Shown in pieces: positions 1 to 14,300 of a DNA stretch of 64,000 nt. The position numbers and the translations under genes are program-made. The stretch spans positions 13,878,642-13,942,641 of the forward strand of contig OZ037770.1 of NCBI GenBank assembly GCA_964035545.1, given 5' to 3'. The notes beneath the pieces are model-generated. The model made no database searches, was not told where the DNA came from, and saw nothing but the letters and a program-made list of their open reading frames with translations. The stretch is from Bugula neritina (Eukaryota > Animalia > Bryozoa). Positions within the stretch are counted from its first letter, which is position 1, and every line of letters starts with the position of its first letter.

Positions 1-160
1 TACTGTAACCTGACATCACCTGCCATATATATCATCAATATACTGTAACCTGGCATCACCTGCCATATCTCATCAGTATACTGTAACCTGACATCACCTT
101 CCATATCTCATCAGTATACTGTAACCTGCTATTGCCTGCCATATGTCATCAGTATAATGT
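1..160. repeat. Tandem repeat, ~38-40 bp unit (tactgtaacctgacatcacctgccatatctcatcagta), about 4 copies, truncated by the window edge
   Basis: Unit restarts at about 1, 41, 79 and 117; probably intronic in the first Roco-caspase gene. Confidence 0.85.
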
Positions 161-494
161 AATTATTATGAGCTAGTAATAACTATATTGATGAGAAATA
201 TATGTTGGTATAATACTTGAGGTAATACAAACTGTTGTTTACAATAATAACCCAATACTTTGGTTATAATCTAATTGCTTACCATTTAAAATAACTGCCA
301 TATTGCATTATCATTTTAATTGGTTCATCAGCATTGAACAGAAAAACTCATAGAAATGCAAAAATATGAAATCATAATAATTATATAATATATATAATAT
401 TATATAAATACATTTATTTATTTAAATATTAAAAAACTCTTTCCCTGAGTATAGATTCAATAAATTTATTAATTATAACCGCTGCTCTCTCTAG

Positions 495-3400
495 TGCTGG
501 GAAGATTCCTAACTTGGAGATGCTCATTCTTTCTGAGAACTGGCTCATGACTAAACAGCTTCTGGAAGTTGTCTGCTCTATCTCTAGCCTGAAGAGAATA
601 TTCCTTCAAAATTGTAGACTGAAAAAGTTGCCAGTCGGGTTTGTAGCCTATCATGCGTACATGTGTGTTTTTATGAACGTGTGTGAAATATTCAATGTTA
701 TTGCTGCATTGTGGGTTATATATTATACCTGTAGGAGTGATTCAGCTGCATAATTTCAAGGTAAGGAGTTGCCTTCTCCTCTTACTATAGCATGAGTATG
801 TTGGAAATTGCATTGGAACTAAAGCCTATGCAGCTAGCTTGTTCTCATTTTCTGTCTTTATTCCCAGCACAGCTTAAGTTTTTATTTAGATTTGTTTGCT
901 TTGCAATGCTTGAATTCAATTTTTATGCAATTTCTGGTTAGTAAATTCAGACATTTGAGTTTTTGGGGTAAAATTATAAACAGCAAAAGAGTGTGTTGCA
1001 CAAATCGATGGAAATTATAGCACATATGCTAAACTCACAGCATTTATGCCACTTTCAAGCTATAGCTCAAAGTTATCATTAATTACTGGTATTGGGTCAT
1101 ACTTGTTGCATCTGATTTTTGCTCAAATCGAAGCTGTGAATCGATTTCAGCGGTTGTTGTAGAAGTGTTGAGTACCTGCTGCTATCTATGACTACTGCTA
1201 GTGTTATTAAAAATGTGTTGATCTCAAAAGGATTTCATAGATTTAATGGATAAATCTGGCTATATGTTTTAAACTTGTCAATCTAAGGGTATTTTTGGTA
1301 CAAGTATGATATTGTGAGTGTGATGGGAGGATTATATTTTTGCTGATTAAGATAGCTATGCATTGGCAGCTTGCAGTCTGAGTGGTAAAAAGAAAACTGT
1401 GACACAAAACATAATGAGTACTCCACTCCAAGTTGAGCTTATTTTGAGCTGTTGTTTAAATTATTCTGTACCTGGCTTTCACTTTTAGAAGGTAGATATA
1501 TTTGTGCTAGAAGTAGCTGCCTTTCTCTGCCTGTTGTTTTATTAGAATCTATCTTCAGTTAGACTATGTATATTATAGTGTTTATGCTGTTAATATAAAT
1601 TTAGTTTTTAATTTTTCAGTTTTATTATGACATCCAAAAAATATGTGAAGCTGAAACTATTTTTGTTATTAGTAATGGTTTGCTACTTATTTATTCTAGT
1701 ACTAGCGGTTGGATAAAATCCAGGTTCTACTGTTCAGTTTCTTAAATTTTCAGGATACTCCAACACTTGACTTTTTGTGAGTTATCTGCCCCACATTCAC
1801 CGCAGTTTTTCTGGTACCAATGATTAGATAAAATCATATAATTTTTTATTTACAGCATCCAGTTTCTTGACAGATTGGAATACTTGGACATTTCTCTCAA
1901 CTCGTTTGTTGATTTTCCACCCTTTATTTGTCGTATTCCCAATTTGAAAGAGTTGAACATGTCCGATTGTATGTTTCTGAAATCATTGAATTCTGGAATA
2001 GCTGGGATGTCTACACTCAGAACTCTCCGGTTGACTGGCAATGGAGCCTTAGAAACCCCTTCAGTTGAGATATGTAGTAGGGGCTTGCATTCCATCAAAC
2101 AATTTTACCAGGATTTGTCTGAAGGAGTTGCCAAAAGTTTTCCATTTGTCACAGTTGCTGTTTTGGGCAGCACAATGGCTGGAAAAACTAGTTTGATCAG
2201 GACTCTACAGAATGCTGACAGAAAGAGAGTTTTGACGAACAGAAGTCCAGATGCTGTGACAGATGAGACGACAAAGGTTTTTAAAATGGAGGAAATAGAA
2301 ATTGGTGATACAGTTCTGCGACTCATTGATATGGGCGGGCAGGAAGTCTATCATATCGCATACCAGCTAACGCTGCGACAAAACTGCATTCCGGTGATAG
2401 TGGTCAACATGCAGCAGTATGATAAAATTGCTAGAGAGTCGACTGGTAGGGAAGCTGTGCGAAGATTGGCTTTTGATTACTTGTCTCATCTCTATCTCGC
2501 TAATCCGACTCTTGGTGCCCCTAAACTCGTGCTCACTCACAAAGACCGGTTTAAGAAAGATGTTTTTGATACTTTGAAAGCAGATTTTCTTCAGCATGCA
2601 CTTGAGTTGTGTGATAATTTGGTTAAGGAAGAGAAGGCACTGGGGAGCCATTTTTGTCAGATTCAGCATTTCAATACTACTAGAGGGGTCTTTTTTGTTG
2701 AAGACATTTATGAGGTAGGAACAGATGATGGTTATTTGGTGTTTGATCAAATAAAGACATCTCTTCTTAAAAGCAGTCAGAGCTTTGTTAAGCTGTTGCC
2801 TCAAGTCTGGGTGGAAGTCAACGAGAAAGTTGCTTCTATGCCATTTGCGTACAACACTGTTGATGAGATGTTGCTCACTTTTCAACAACAAGGCCTTAAA
2901 CTTACCCAAAATCAGCTACGGATAATTCTGATGTACATGAACAGCTGTGGAAAACTCCTGTGGTATCCAGAAGTTGAGCCTCTTCAGACGTTTGTCTTTC
3001 ACAAGATATCTGAGGTCACTAAGCTGCTTTCAGTTTTGTACCATCATGCGAGTGATGCGTGGAAAGTTGAGAGTTTTGTGCCATACTTGGACCACAGAGG
3101 GGTGCCTGTTGAGAAAGAAGAGTTTGAGGCTTCTATGAAGCATTTCAAAAGTACCGGGCTCATCAGTGAGAGCCTACTCTACCGGCTGATTGGCAAGCAG
3201 ACGTCGTTCACTCGCGATTCAGACGTGAAAGTAGCAGTGGCTTTGCTAAAGTCGTTTCGTCTTTTATATGGACCTCTAAAGCAAGATTCCCAAGAAGATG
3301 CTTTTATTGTCCCATACTTTGCCTCTAATTATTTTGAGGCTGCCATTACCTCGGAAGAAAGCCTCTCTCTCCAAGTTGATCTCAAGTTCAATGGCCTATC

Positions 3401-6400
3401 GCTGCCCCAGTATGTTTTCCATCAAATGAGTGTTGGCCTTTTGGAGCTGTTTTCTGATGATGTGGCTTTGCCGCAAGTGCAGCAGAATGGAGCGAGAGTG
3501 TACTGCAATGATTTGGATGTCAAGCTGATTCATAATAAAGTGTCTCGCACGGCCTCGGTTAGCGTAACGTCGTCCGTTGAGCATATTGGCGCCATGTGGG
3601 ACACGCTGATCAGCACGACTAACAACATTCTGAAGCACCTTCTGAAAGCCTGGCCTGTGTGTAGGTCTGTCGTACTATCTTACTGTGCTCATTGTCTGCT
3701 GCTTGGAGTTGCTCATCCTGCCAGAAAGGTCAACCCCAATTGGATATCTCTGAAAGGTGGTCTATCGAAGCTGAATCTTCACAAAGAGCTAAAGATGATC
3801 CTCTGTAATGAAGATAGGATACTCAGTCCGTTTCAATACCCGTGTACGTATCTCAACCTCTCCATTTGACTACTGGATGTTACTCGTTTGGAATTAGAGC
3901 TTCATGTGTATAAGCTGTCCTTGCTATTCTATTGCAATAACTTTTGACGATGTGTGATTCAGGTTTGCCTTTGTCTGAGACGGACACACACAAGTTCTCT
4001 GATGCTGTCAAACAATTGCGAGATTGCAAAAGGCAAGCAGAAAGTCTGTCAGGTTAGAAAATACTTTGCTCTGTTGCATTTCCTGAACATCTTTAGTCAT
4101 CAGCTTTTACTAGAAAACTCGAAACTTACTAAACCTCAAAGCATAAAGTTATATGCATGATGCAAGTGGGAGAATTGTCTTATAGATATGTATGTGTTAT
4201 GTGATGGTAAGTGATGTCTCAATGACATTTCTGTTGTCCTTGTTGTCGTTCATGTTTTAAAACATGTTTTTACAGTGTAGAATACGATAAGTTATTAGAT
4301 TCAGTGAGCCACAGGCCAATACTCAAAAAAAGAACAACTTCCAATATTTAACTACACTTTTTTTTGTTCAAGTAACACTAATTTTACTAACTCCATATTC
4401 AACAAAATCTCATTTTTGATTACTATTAGTTAGCCTGGATTAGAGAAGAAAAAAAGCACATTTCAGCTTCGAACATGATAGGTATTTAAATATATGTCTA
4501 ATTGTAACATTGTTACCTTGCAATTGACTAGCTGGGGTTAAGAGCCAATCAGATGGCATGACTGATGATGTAGCAGCCAATGAGGATGATTTGAGTGATC
4601 TCTCTGATGAGGATGAGAATCTGTATCCAGATGAGGAATTTGGTGAAGATATGAAGTTGATACGTCTGAACCCAACACCAACTACTAGCTCTAGGATAAG
4701 ACAACTCTTCTCAAACACTGACAAGGTATTCCAATCTCATGTAATCTCAAGTACGGAAAAGCAATTCTTATATATTTCAGAATATTTATATTATTTCAAT
4801 GATCTCCTGAACTTTGTTTTTTTCGTAAACTTCAGTTTTAAACATTTTAAGCTCAATGAAGGAGTAACAATAAAATACAAAATTTATGCTTTGTTTATAT
4901 TTCAGAATATTTATATCATTTAGTATAGCTTTCACATAACCTTGTTTCTAAAAGTTAACGGTGATGAATGAAGCTACTGTATGACAAACTTGATTGTTAA
5001 ATACTGTGTTTGTTAGCCATATAGTTTGCTACTCTCTTAGAAAAGTGCAAACTTAAATACTGATTCATTTTTTTCTAAATTTAGAACTATAATCTCTTAT
5101 TTTATTTGATATTTATTATTTACTTCAATTGGATTCTGAACTTTTGCAACTTGTACATAGGCCTACTCATTTATATGCTGTATCGTGCCCCTAGGTATTC
5201 GGTATGACACGGAAAAGAGGAAGAGCTCTTATAATCAACAACAAGAACTTTGATAAGAGACCAGATTTGTGTAGGAAAGGTTCAGATGTTGATGTTGAGA
5301 ATATGTCTGCCATGTTGAAGGAGTTCAAGTTTGACGTCGTGACACACACAGACTTGAAGGCTGAGGTACGTTTGGGTTAGATAGCAAACTAAAATATTCC
5401 TAAATACAAATTATGTAATTATCTCGCGTGGTAAGACCTACACCAGTAAAATGTTACTAATTGTCAACCCTTAGGCTATGCTGCTTGCTGTGAAGGAGGA
5501 AGTGAAATGTGAGGAACACGAAGATCTGGGGTGTCACGTGTTGGTTATCATGACTCATGGAGGTGTGAATAACTACATCTATGGCACTGACCTTAAAAGA
5601 GTCAGTCTTACTGACCTGTATGACTTGTTGACACCCCTGAACTTCCCTGGTATGTCTGGGAAACCCAAAGTGGTGGTACTAGAAGTCTGTAGTGGAGGTA
5701 ACTACAAACTACACTTTAATATTTGAAATCTAAGTATCGTTTTCTTCATAATTGTTAACCACATTTACGGATAGGAAAGTCGGCTACAATATGAATAGTT
5801 TTTCTAATAATTGTTGAACTATGTTTACGAATATGATAATCAGTGGTCAGATGACAGGCAGCCTTTTGAATGTGCTTTTAAGTTAAAGTCTATATGCTTA
5901 ATAGGAAAAGTTAGGACCCATTTATCTTCTTCCAACTTGATTCGTTAATAATTATTCAATTCTGTAAGATCGATATGATTTTACAGTGAGGATAGATGTG
6001 GGTGATAGAGGTATAGACCCAGCACCTGATATTGGACAAGCTCAGAAAGAAGATACTGAAGTAGTATCGCCCCAACCTGCTAAAGTTCCTGGAGTTGTTG
6101 GTTCTGAGGCTATGAATAGACTGAACTATGATGATCTGCTGGTGGTGAAAGCTAGCATGGAGTGTGAGTAGAGAAAATCAGAAATTTTCACCAAAAGCAC
6201 TAGTTAATATCCAACAATGGAAAAAGTCATATTTGTATTTGAAGACACAATTTCATTTTTACATTTGAAGTTTTATACAGCAAATGTGTTTATAAATAAA
6301 TAGAAACTTGCTAAATTTGTTTTAGCGTTCATCTCCAAGATTCACCCTGTGTATGGATCTCTAATGGTTAGAGCTCTTGTATCTTCAATATACAAACATG

Positions 6401-6753
6401 CCTGTCACCATGATCTCTACACCATATTTAAACAGGTTAGTCAAACTGCAGTGCTAACAAAGCAGCAGTACCTATTGTAGTGTAGTATATGCATTGTGGA
6501 TCATCTCTCTAGGTATGTTTGCCATTATCTGGGTACACTTGGTTTTCGTTACCTTGGTAAGCTTACTGTTTTCTAGGTACAGACTAAAGTTAGAAAACTG
6601 TGTGTGGACAAAGATATGAACTGTGGACAGCTGGTTGTAGCCTGGGATACTCTCACTCACATGAGAAAACTCTACCTCTTTCCTGGGTTCAATGGCCACA
6701 TGAGAGAGAATAACTCCTCATTGAGATTGAGTTGTATTGATTGGACCGAATAA
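495..6753 (+). CDS. LRR-ROC-COR-caspase fusion protein, copy 1 (5' partial). Exons 495-638, 1856-3843, 3963-4052, 4532-4725, 5195-5365, 5475-5697, 5987-6163, 6326-6435, 6577-6753
   Basis: All introns are GT-AG and phase-compatible. LRRs (LEYLDISLNSF, LKELNMSDC). ROC motifs GSTMAGKTS, DMGGQ, THKD. COR (LP.VW..V, YMNSCGKLLWY, YCAHCL). Caspase p20 (RGRALIINN, RKGSDVD, IMTHG, GKPKVVVLEVCSG) and p10 (DLLVV, GSLMVRAL, LYLFPG). Stop TAA at 6751-6753. Confidence 0.85.
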
Positions 6754-7529
6754 AAGCATGCCTTTTGGGTTCCCAAGAAAGGATAACTCCTAGTGCAGTT
6801 AAACCCCCTGTATTAATATAATAATTATAATAATTGAAACTAAGCAGCATATACTGATGCAATAACCTGTCCTGTGGTAGTAACAAATGCCACCTATATG
6901 TTTCATATTTTTTTGTATTTTACGTTTACAGAGTTTACACTTTTGTATCACTTATGGCTACACTTGAAGATTTGTATAATATATGTTCCTTTGTAAATTA
7001 ATGCTGAATCTATACTCTATTATTTAATGATCACAGGCCAATTACTCTGAATCTATCTGAATAAATTAATAAATGCAAAATGTAACCTTATATATGATAA
7101 TATTAATTATTAATGTTATATATCTTTTGTGTATTATGTTTCACAGGTTTAAGGCATAGGTGGAGGTTATATCAATTCACATGACCAATAACATAACTTT
7201 TTATTTGTTTTCTTATTTATAAACTCATTTCATAAATAAATTTCAGTCAAATCATAGCTGCTTATTATCCTTTGGTCTGAGAAAATAGTGTATTAAAAAT
7301 AATTGGACTTGTACCTTTTAAAATTTGTGGCTGCTTCCTTGAAACATGTACTGTGTGACAAAAAGATGTTGGGAAATAAGTTCAAGCTTTTAGTTTTACT
7401 AAACTAAGGTAAATTATTTATTACATCATAAAAATAGTTTTTCCAAATATTTACATATAATGATATGCACAGTTTAATTATCTTATTATGGCTTTGTACT
7501 TGATTAATTAACTTGTAAACAAATCTCAG

Positions 7530-7757
7530 AACGGCCGCGACTGTTGCGACGATTGATTGGTTGCGTACACTGAAGCCTGCATGACTAATGCGTTATATCA
7601 TCCAATAAGAGCAAAGTTTGCCTATTTCCTCCATTCTACGAAATAAGCTTTTGTACAGGTACAACGCTTTGCGTACAGCATGAGAGCTGAAATATTTTAG
7701 CCGTATTGCCTCCACCACTACTCTAGGCTCGTGACCTTATTAATGATAACTAGTAAG
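7530..7757 (+). promoter_or_regulatory. Candidate promoter and non-coding first exon of Roco-caspase copy 2
   Basis: Locally CpG-rich patch with ATTGG (~7556) and CCAAT (~7603) boxes, followed by a GTAAGT donor near 7752; a tttttag acceptor at 8281 precedes the first coding exon. Confidence 0.35.
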
Positions 7758-8372
7758 TATAATATATAATATAGTTATATAAATTATAATCTGTTAGTTT
7801 AGTGAGTTAACGTGTACCAAAACCCTTTTAGCACAACCCTGTATTTAGCTTTTCAAGGCTGTGGGTAAATTTTATTAAAAATAGACATAATTTAAGTTTG
7901 TTGATAGACTGATGATAATGGGATTATGATCAAAGAGTGTCACTTGTTGGGTTGGATGAGCAACCATTTATCATCAAAACAAATATAGACTATAGTAATC
8001 ACTATAGAGTATCAGTTTTGTTGTAAGCAAGTTAATGAACTTGTGGTATGTCTATCATGTTGTTACCCACACAATCACATTATCAGTGCAAATCTCATTA
8101 GACTACTGGCAACTAATAACTAGTTACTAGCTACTAGTTACTAGCTACTAGTTACTAACTATCATTAACTAGCTACTAGTAAATACCTACTAGCTACTAC
8201 TTACAGTTACTGGTTAATAGTAGATAGTTAGTATAAGGTAATAGGTTTCTAACAAATACTGCAGATAATTTGCCTTTTTAGATGACTAAAATGTTGAAGA
8301 TAACAAGCCAGAAGAATATAGACATGTAAACATAAGGTTACAATAAGAAAAATATGATCTCAAGTCATAAAC

Positions 8373-11300
8373 ATGCATAAAGTAGCCATGTCCACTGCTA
8401 ATGCTATTGAGACAGGTAGGTGTTTTGTCACAAGTTTTCAATCATCTAGTAAAGTCATAAACTTTACAGTGTTGTCTTTTGTTCTATACTAGTAAATCAT
8501 GGGTTTGCTTTTTCCTGGCTGAGAAATTGCTTAGAATGAGAGTGTAATCCTTGTGTGCATTAATTATCCAAGTCCTCCTATTTTCAAACATGTTTATATT
8601 AAGTTAAACTGCTAAGGTGTGGATTTTGTATGCCTATTGAAAAATCTGTGAATATTGTGAGGAAATTTTTATTTTTATTTTCTTCTGCAGACAATAACTA
8701 TAAGCATAATATTTTATGATTTTCTCCCAAACATTAAAGAGAAGCCATGAAAACTTAGCTGCCATAAAGAATGAAAAAAGTAAACAATATGTTTAGGGCC
8801 TTCATTAACATAAAATTACATAACATTTAAAAACTCCTTTACAGATCAAATCTACCTTGTGGATGAATATGAAGCTACACATCTCATGTACGATAAAAAT
8901 ATTATCTGTAGGCCATAATTACAACCAGGGATGTAGTAGCAAAAAGATTCTAGGCTATACTCTCAGGCCGGGTGTCCAGGGGGCCGCCCAGGCCCCCGGC
9001 GGGGTTTGGGGCAGTGCCCCGGCCACCGAAGTCCTCAGAGCGCTTCTGATGCAAATTTATGCAATTTAAAGCCATTGTAAATTCTAATTTTTCTAAAAAA
9101 AATCGATGTTGAAAGGTGCACTTCACTATTATTTTCATACCATACCATAATATACTCTAATATACACAGGGCAACCTTTTAGCTGAGGCTGCATTATTAG
9201 TGTATATAAAAATTTGGCACCACCCCCAACTAAAACCTCACCCAATTGTGCTAGAATCAAAATTTAAAAACCATGTTGTAGATCTTCCTGTTCCTCAAAG
9301 GAATTTTTTTGGAGTTTTCAATATTGTTTTTTTGCAAAGTCATAGACAAAAAACTACCCATTTTTGGCCAAATTTACCCGAAAAGTTTATTTTTCAGTCC
9401 CTGCCAAATATCTCAGCAGAAAGCATGTATTCGAATAGAACAAACACTGTCGGAATCCTGAGAAATTTTTGCAGAGCACATATCTTTTTGTCTTTTCAAT
9501 AGCTTTCATAGATTTTCTACAAATTAGTGATTTATACACTGAAAATGCGATATTTTTTCTTAAGCATTCACCAATGCGCAGCACTTCGAGCTTTAGTGAA
9601 CAAGAAGAGATGAGAAGATACTGATGCATACGTTACCAAGTACAGGCCTGCTAGTTGACAGGCTAGTGAATAGCTTGATGCGTACTTCGTTTATGGGGCA
9701 GCCATGATGGAATGTTGATAGATGATGCAGCCCTTATTGGTCATAGTGTAATCTCAGGCTAAACAAGCACAAGTAGGCAACACCCATGCCACCCACATAG
9801 CATTAACATAGCAAGAACTTAAATTAGATTGTAAGCGAAATTTACGATGTTCTCAGTGAGAATGCCTTAACTATTCTGTGCACTAATCATCAGTAACACA
9901 TACAAAAATATGCCCATACGAGCCTAGAACAGTCTATTTTCTTCTAGACCATACGGCGTATGGGATTGTATGGGTACCACTACATTCCTGATTGCAACTA
10001 TAGTCAAATTAAAGTAATACCACTAAATATACATACATATCTATGTACAACTATATATACATATATATATACATGTATTTATATACGTACATCTACATAT
10101 CTCTACAACATGCAGGTAAATATGCAGTGTGGTTCAACCGCTCTACCAATGTTCCTGAGGAAGAATGGATGGAGAATAAAACAAAATACTACTCCATAGA
10201 AGAGCTGAGTGCTTTCAGTCCCACAGTCACTCATCTGATAATCAAATATTCCATTCCTCAGAATATTCACACTCTGTTTCCTTACCTCACACATCTGAGA
10301 GTGAGGCATTTGAAGAGAGATGCTGACTTTAGTTGGTGAGTTATAATAGTAACTAATAACTGCTTACTAATTCCTAGTAACTAGTTATTATTAAAAGTTA
10401 CTTGTGACTATTTACTAAAAGTAACTATTTACTAGTAGCTATTGACTAATTACTAGTAACTGTTTGTTGTTGCAGTATATTTCTGCTGAGAAATCTAAAA
10501 GTGCTGATTATGTCAAGAAATGACCTGTCTGATAGATTGTCTAAGAATATTTTCGCACCTTTACAATCGTTGGAGGAATTGTATATCCGAGACTGCAAAC
10601 TGACTGTTATACCAAAGAGGTAAGTACATACCCAAATCTGTTTAAAGTATCCACTCCTGTGAAAGCCCCTGATTACAAGAGTTTTTAATGGGCTAAAAAA
10701 AGTGTCTCTTACCATGCTGGCAACATCAAAAAATATCCAACTTTCTACCATAAAGAGCTTCAAATGTTGTGAGCATAAATTTCCTTATAGAAATAGTATA
10801 TATTATAATATAGTTTATAGAAATAAGATTATGTTAATACGTTAGGTATATTTTATAGAAATAGTATATATTATAATATACTTTATAGAAATAAAGTATA
10901 TAGTGGTATTATAATATATTTTACAGAAATAATATATAGTAGTATTATAATTTATTCTATAAAAATAAAACATATTATAAAAATATATTTTATAAAAAGA
11001 CTATATATTATAATATAATTTACTTTACTGTTTGTTGCAGTGTGTTTCAGCTAAAGAATCTGGAAGTGCTAAATGTATCGTGGAATGAACTGTCGGATAT
11101 ATCAAGTGCTACGTTCACATCCTTACAATCATTGAAAGAGTTGTACATACGATGGTGTAACCTAACTTCTCTCCCTAAAAGGTAGGTACATACATAGCAT
11201 AATCTAACTTACGAATGAAATTTACGCTAAATATTATATACTCTGCAACATTTTTGATACTCAATAATAGAAAATGTAAAATTCAGCCAATCAGCTGCAA

Positions 11301-14300
11301 GCAGCACTCAAATATCTCGCCATTTTAACTTATATATAAAATTCTGCAAGCTCAAGTGCAAAATTCATTCTTCTAAAGATATAGTTGTGCAACTTTTGCT
11401 GCCTGCATATCTTAAATTTATATGTTTCTGAGTTAATTTTTTAAAATTCAAGTGTTGGTAAAATGCAAATAAAGTTCTATGTCGGCAATAATATCTTGGT
11501 ACAGTTTTGCTGCCTAGCACCAGCTGTGGCATAACCATTAGCTTTATTGATATAACCTGAATGCTTATATAAATATAGTGAGTGAGTTTTACGTGGTATA
11601 TTATGAGTGTCTAATGGAAACTCTTGACACTAATCTTTGGATGTTTGAAGATTGATAAAGATTTCTGTGAACTCAACTGTAGCAATGATGTAGAAATGAT
11701 GTAAAAAGCGTATTATGTGTCATTTGTAGTATAACACAGCTGAAACACCTACAAGTACTAAACATGTCAAGGAATGAGTTATCTAGTAACCTAACAGATG
11801 CTACATTCACATCTTTGCAGTCATTGACAGAACTGCATATGCGCTGGTGTAATCTTACTTCTCTACCCAAGAGGTGTGTATAGAAATCAATAAAATGAAC
11901 GAGGTCAAGGCACGATAACTCTTAACTCATCATTCCTTGTTTTAAAAATTAACATAATACGTTAATGCAACGTTTGAACCAAAACATTTAATTTTAATAG
12001 AATTTTCATTTGCATAATCAAAATGTCCCACCACACTATCTATTTTTGAATATTTATTTTAAAATCTTTAGCATACATTATATGGTTTTTATAAGCTAAG
12101 CACCTGAAAGGTAACATTAGTAGTTCAGCTAAAAATGTTTTGGCAACACATGAAGTATAGCTGGCTTTTAATATTCAGTAGATTTCATTTTTATTGTGGT
12201 ATCTCATCTTTACAACTGTGGATTACATAATAGATAGTATTTTATTCATTTATTTATTTATAATTTATTCATTTATAATTTATTTATTAATAATTTATTT
12301 ATTTATAATTTATTTATATATGTTGTCTTGTTTTTAGTTTGTTTCATTTGAGGCTTCTTGAAGTGCTAAATGTGTCGGGAAATAAGCTGTCCAACAGTTT
12401 ACCGGATGACTCATTTAAATTCTTGCGGTCATTGAAAATTCTGAACATCAGTGACTGTAAATTGACTTCTCTACCAAAGAGGTACACCAAATAATATATT
12501 ACAATAATATAGAGTGTTATACCATTGGCTGGAGAATATTAATCAACTTTTTACAGATTAGCAATATGCATAATATAAAACTATATCAATTACATTTTAT
12601 TGTATAGACTTTTCATACTTGGTTTGTTTGAAGTAATAAAGAAGTTGTGTGCCCTGTGTTATAGTCTGTTTTTGCTGACGAATCTTGAAGTACTGAGTAT
12701 GTCTGAGAATGTAGGACTGTCTAACAGTCTACCAGATGATATGTTCTCATCGTTGCAGTCACTGAGAGAGTTGGACATTGGCAGCTGTTTCCTTAGTGCT
12801 CTACCAAACAGGTGTGGCTTATTACAGAGTTAAACTGAAATAATACTTGTCTATTTTATTATAAGTCAACTAAAATCTAGTTAATTGTTGTTTGTGTGTG
12901 CGCACGTGAGTGAGTGAGTGAGTGAGTGTGTGAGTGAGTGTGTGTGTGAGCGAGTGTGCGCGTGTGTGCGCGAGTGTGTGCGTGTGTGTGCGTGAGTGTG
13001 TGTGTGTGAGTGAGTGTGTGAGTGTGCGCACACGTATATGTGTGAATGGTGTGGTGTGATATCACAATTTAATTTGAAGTAGTTGCTGTTTTATACCAAT
13101 TAAATTCCAAGGATTTGCTTAAAATTTATTAGCTTATTTTTATGTTTATTTAATAGCATTCCAAGCTTGCAAAAACTGCAGACTCTGAAACTCCAAAGAA
13201 ATAACTTCACCAGCCTATCCTCTTCCGTGTATCAATTGGGTGACCTGCGCCAACTGGACATCTCCAACAATGGCTTCTTCACAACTTTAAGTTCTGAAAT
13301 TCTACAGCTTGGTAAATTACAGAAAATAAATGTGGAAAATTGTTATGCTCTCACATCTCCTCCACTTGAGGTATGCAAGAGAGGAGTTGATACTGTAAGA
13401 CAATATTACACAGACTTGGCTAAAGGTGCTGGTAGAAGTTTGCCATTTGCGACAATAGCCCTGTTAGGCAATACAATGGCCGGGAAGACCAGTCTAATCA
13501 AGACCCTACAGAATAAGGACAGGAAGAGAGTTCTGACGGACAGAAGTCCAGACGCTGTGACAGATGAGACGACAAAAGTCTTCAACGTTGAAGAAGTTGA
13601 AACCGATAACACAATACTCCGACTCATTGATATGGGAGGACAGGAAGTGTATCACATAGCCTATCAGCTGACCTTGAAACAGAATTGTGTACCGGTGATT
13701 GTGGTCAACTTGCAGCAGTATAACACAATCTCAAATGAAACAACTTGTAGAGAAGCTGTTCGCAGGTTAGCTTTTGACTTCATGTCTCACCTCTATCTCG
13801 CAAATCCATCTCTCGAGGCTCCTAAACTTGTTTTTACGCACAAAGACAAGTTTTCAGTTTCCATGTTCAAAGAGCTACAATCTAGTTTTCTTGAGGTTTC
13901 TGATCATATTTGTGCTGAGATTGTTCGAGAGGCAAACGCAGTTGGTAGTGAAATCTGTCAAATTCAAATTTTCAGAGAAGTAACTAAACGTGTCTTTGCT
14001 GATGATGACATATTTGTAGTTGGAATAGATGACGAGTATCAAGTATTTGATTCAATTAAAAAATCCCTTCTTCGGAGTTGTCAGCTTTTTGTCAAACCTC
14101 TACCAAAAGTTTGGGAAGAAGTAAATGAGAAAGTTTTGGCTAAGCAGGCCGCCTATCAGTCCTTTTGGTCCACACTGGTTTTACTACAACAACAAGGCCT
14201 TCAGGTTGAGCCCACTCAGTTAGATATAATTCTCACTTACATGCACGATTGCGGTAAAATCTTGTGGTACAAAAACATTGATGCACTCAAACCTTTCATT

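Noticed and set aside
2105-3638. Antisense and alternate-frame ORFs over the ROC-COR exons, and similar ones over the MA3 and FMO exons
   Set aside because: Shadows of real coding exons, with no independent features.
1875-3869. Stand-alone intronless LRR-Roco gene (also 13167-15227)
   Set aside because: The ORFs start at TTG just after splice acceptors and have donors at the same YP-C position before their stops; they are internal exons.
4615-4632. ENLYPD resembling the TEV protease site ENLYFQ
   Set aside because: The critical P1 Gln is absent; most likely coincidence in an acidic linker.
12877-13065. His/Thr-rich ORF on the minus strand
   Set aside because: Translation of a (CA)n-type microsatellite.
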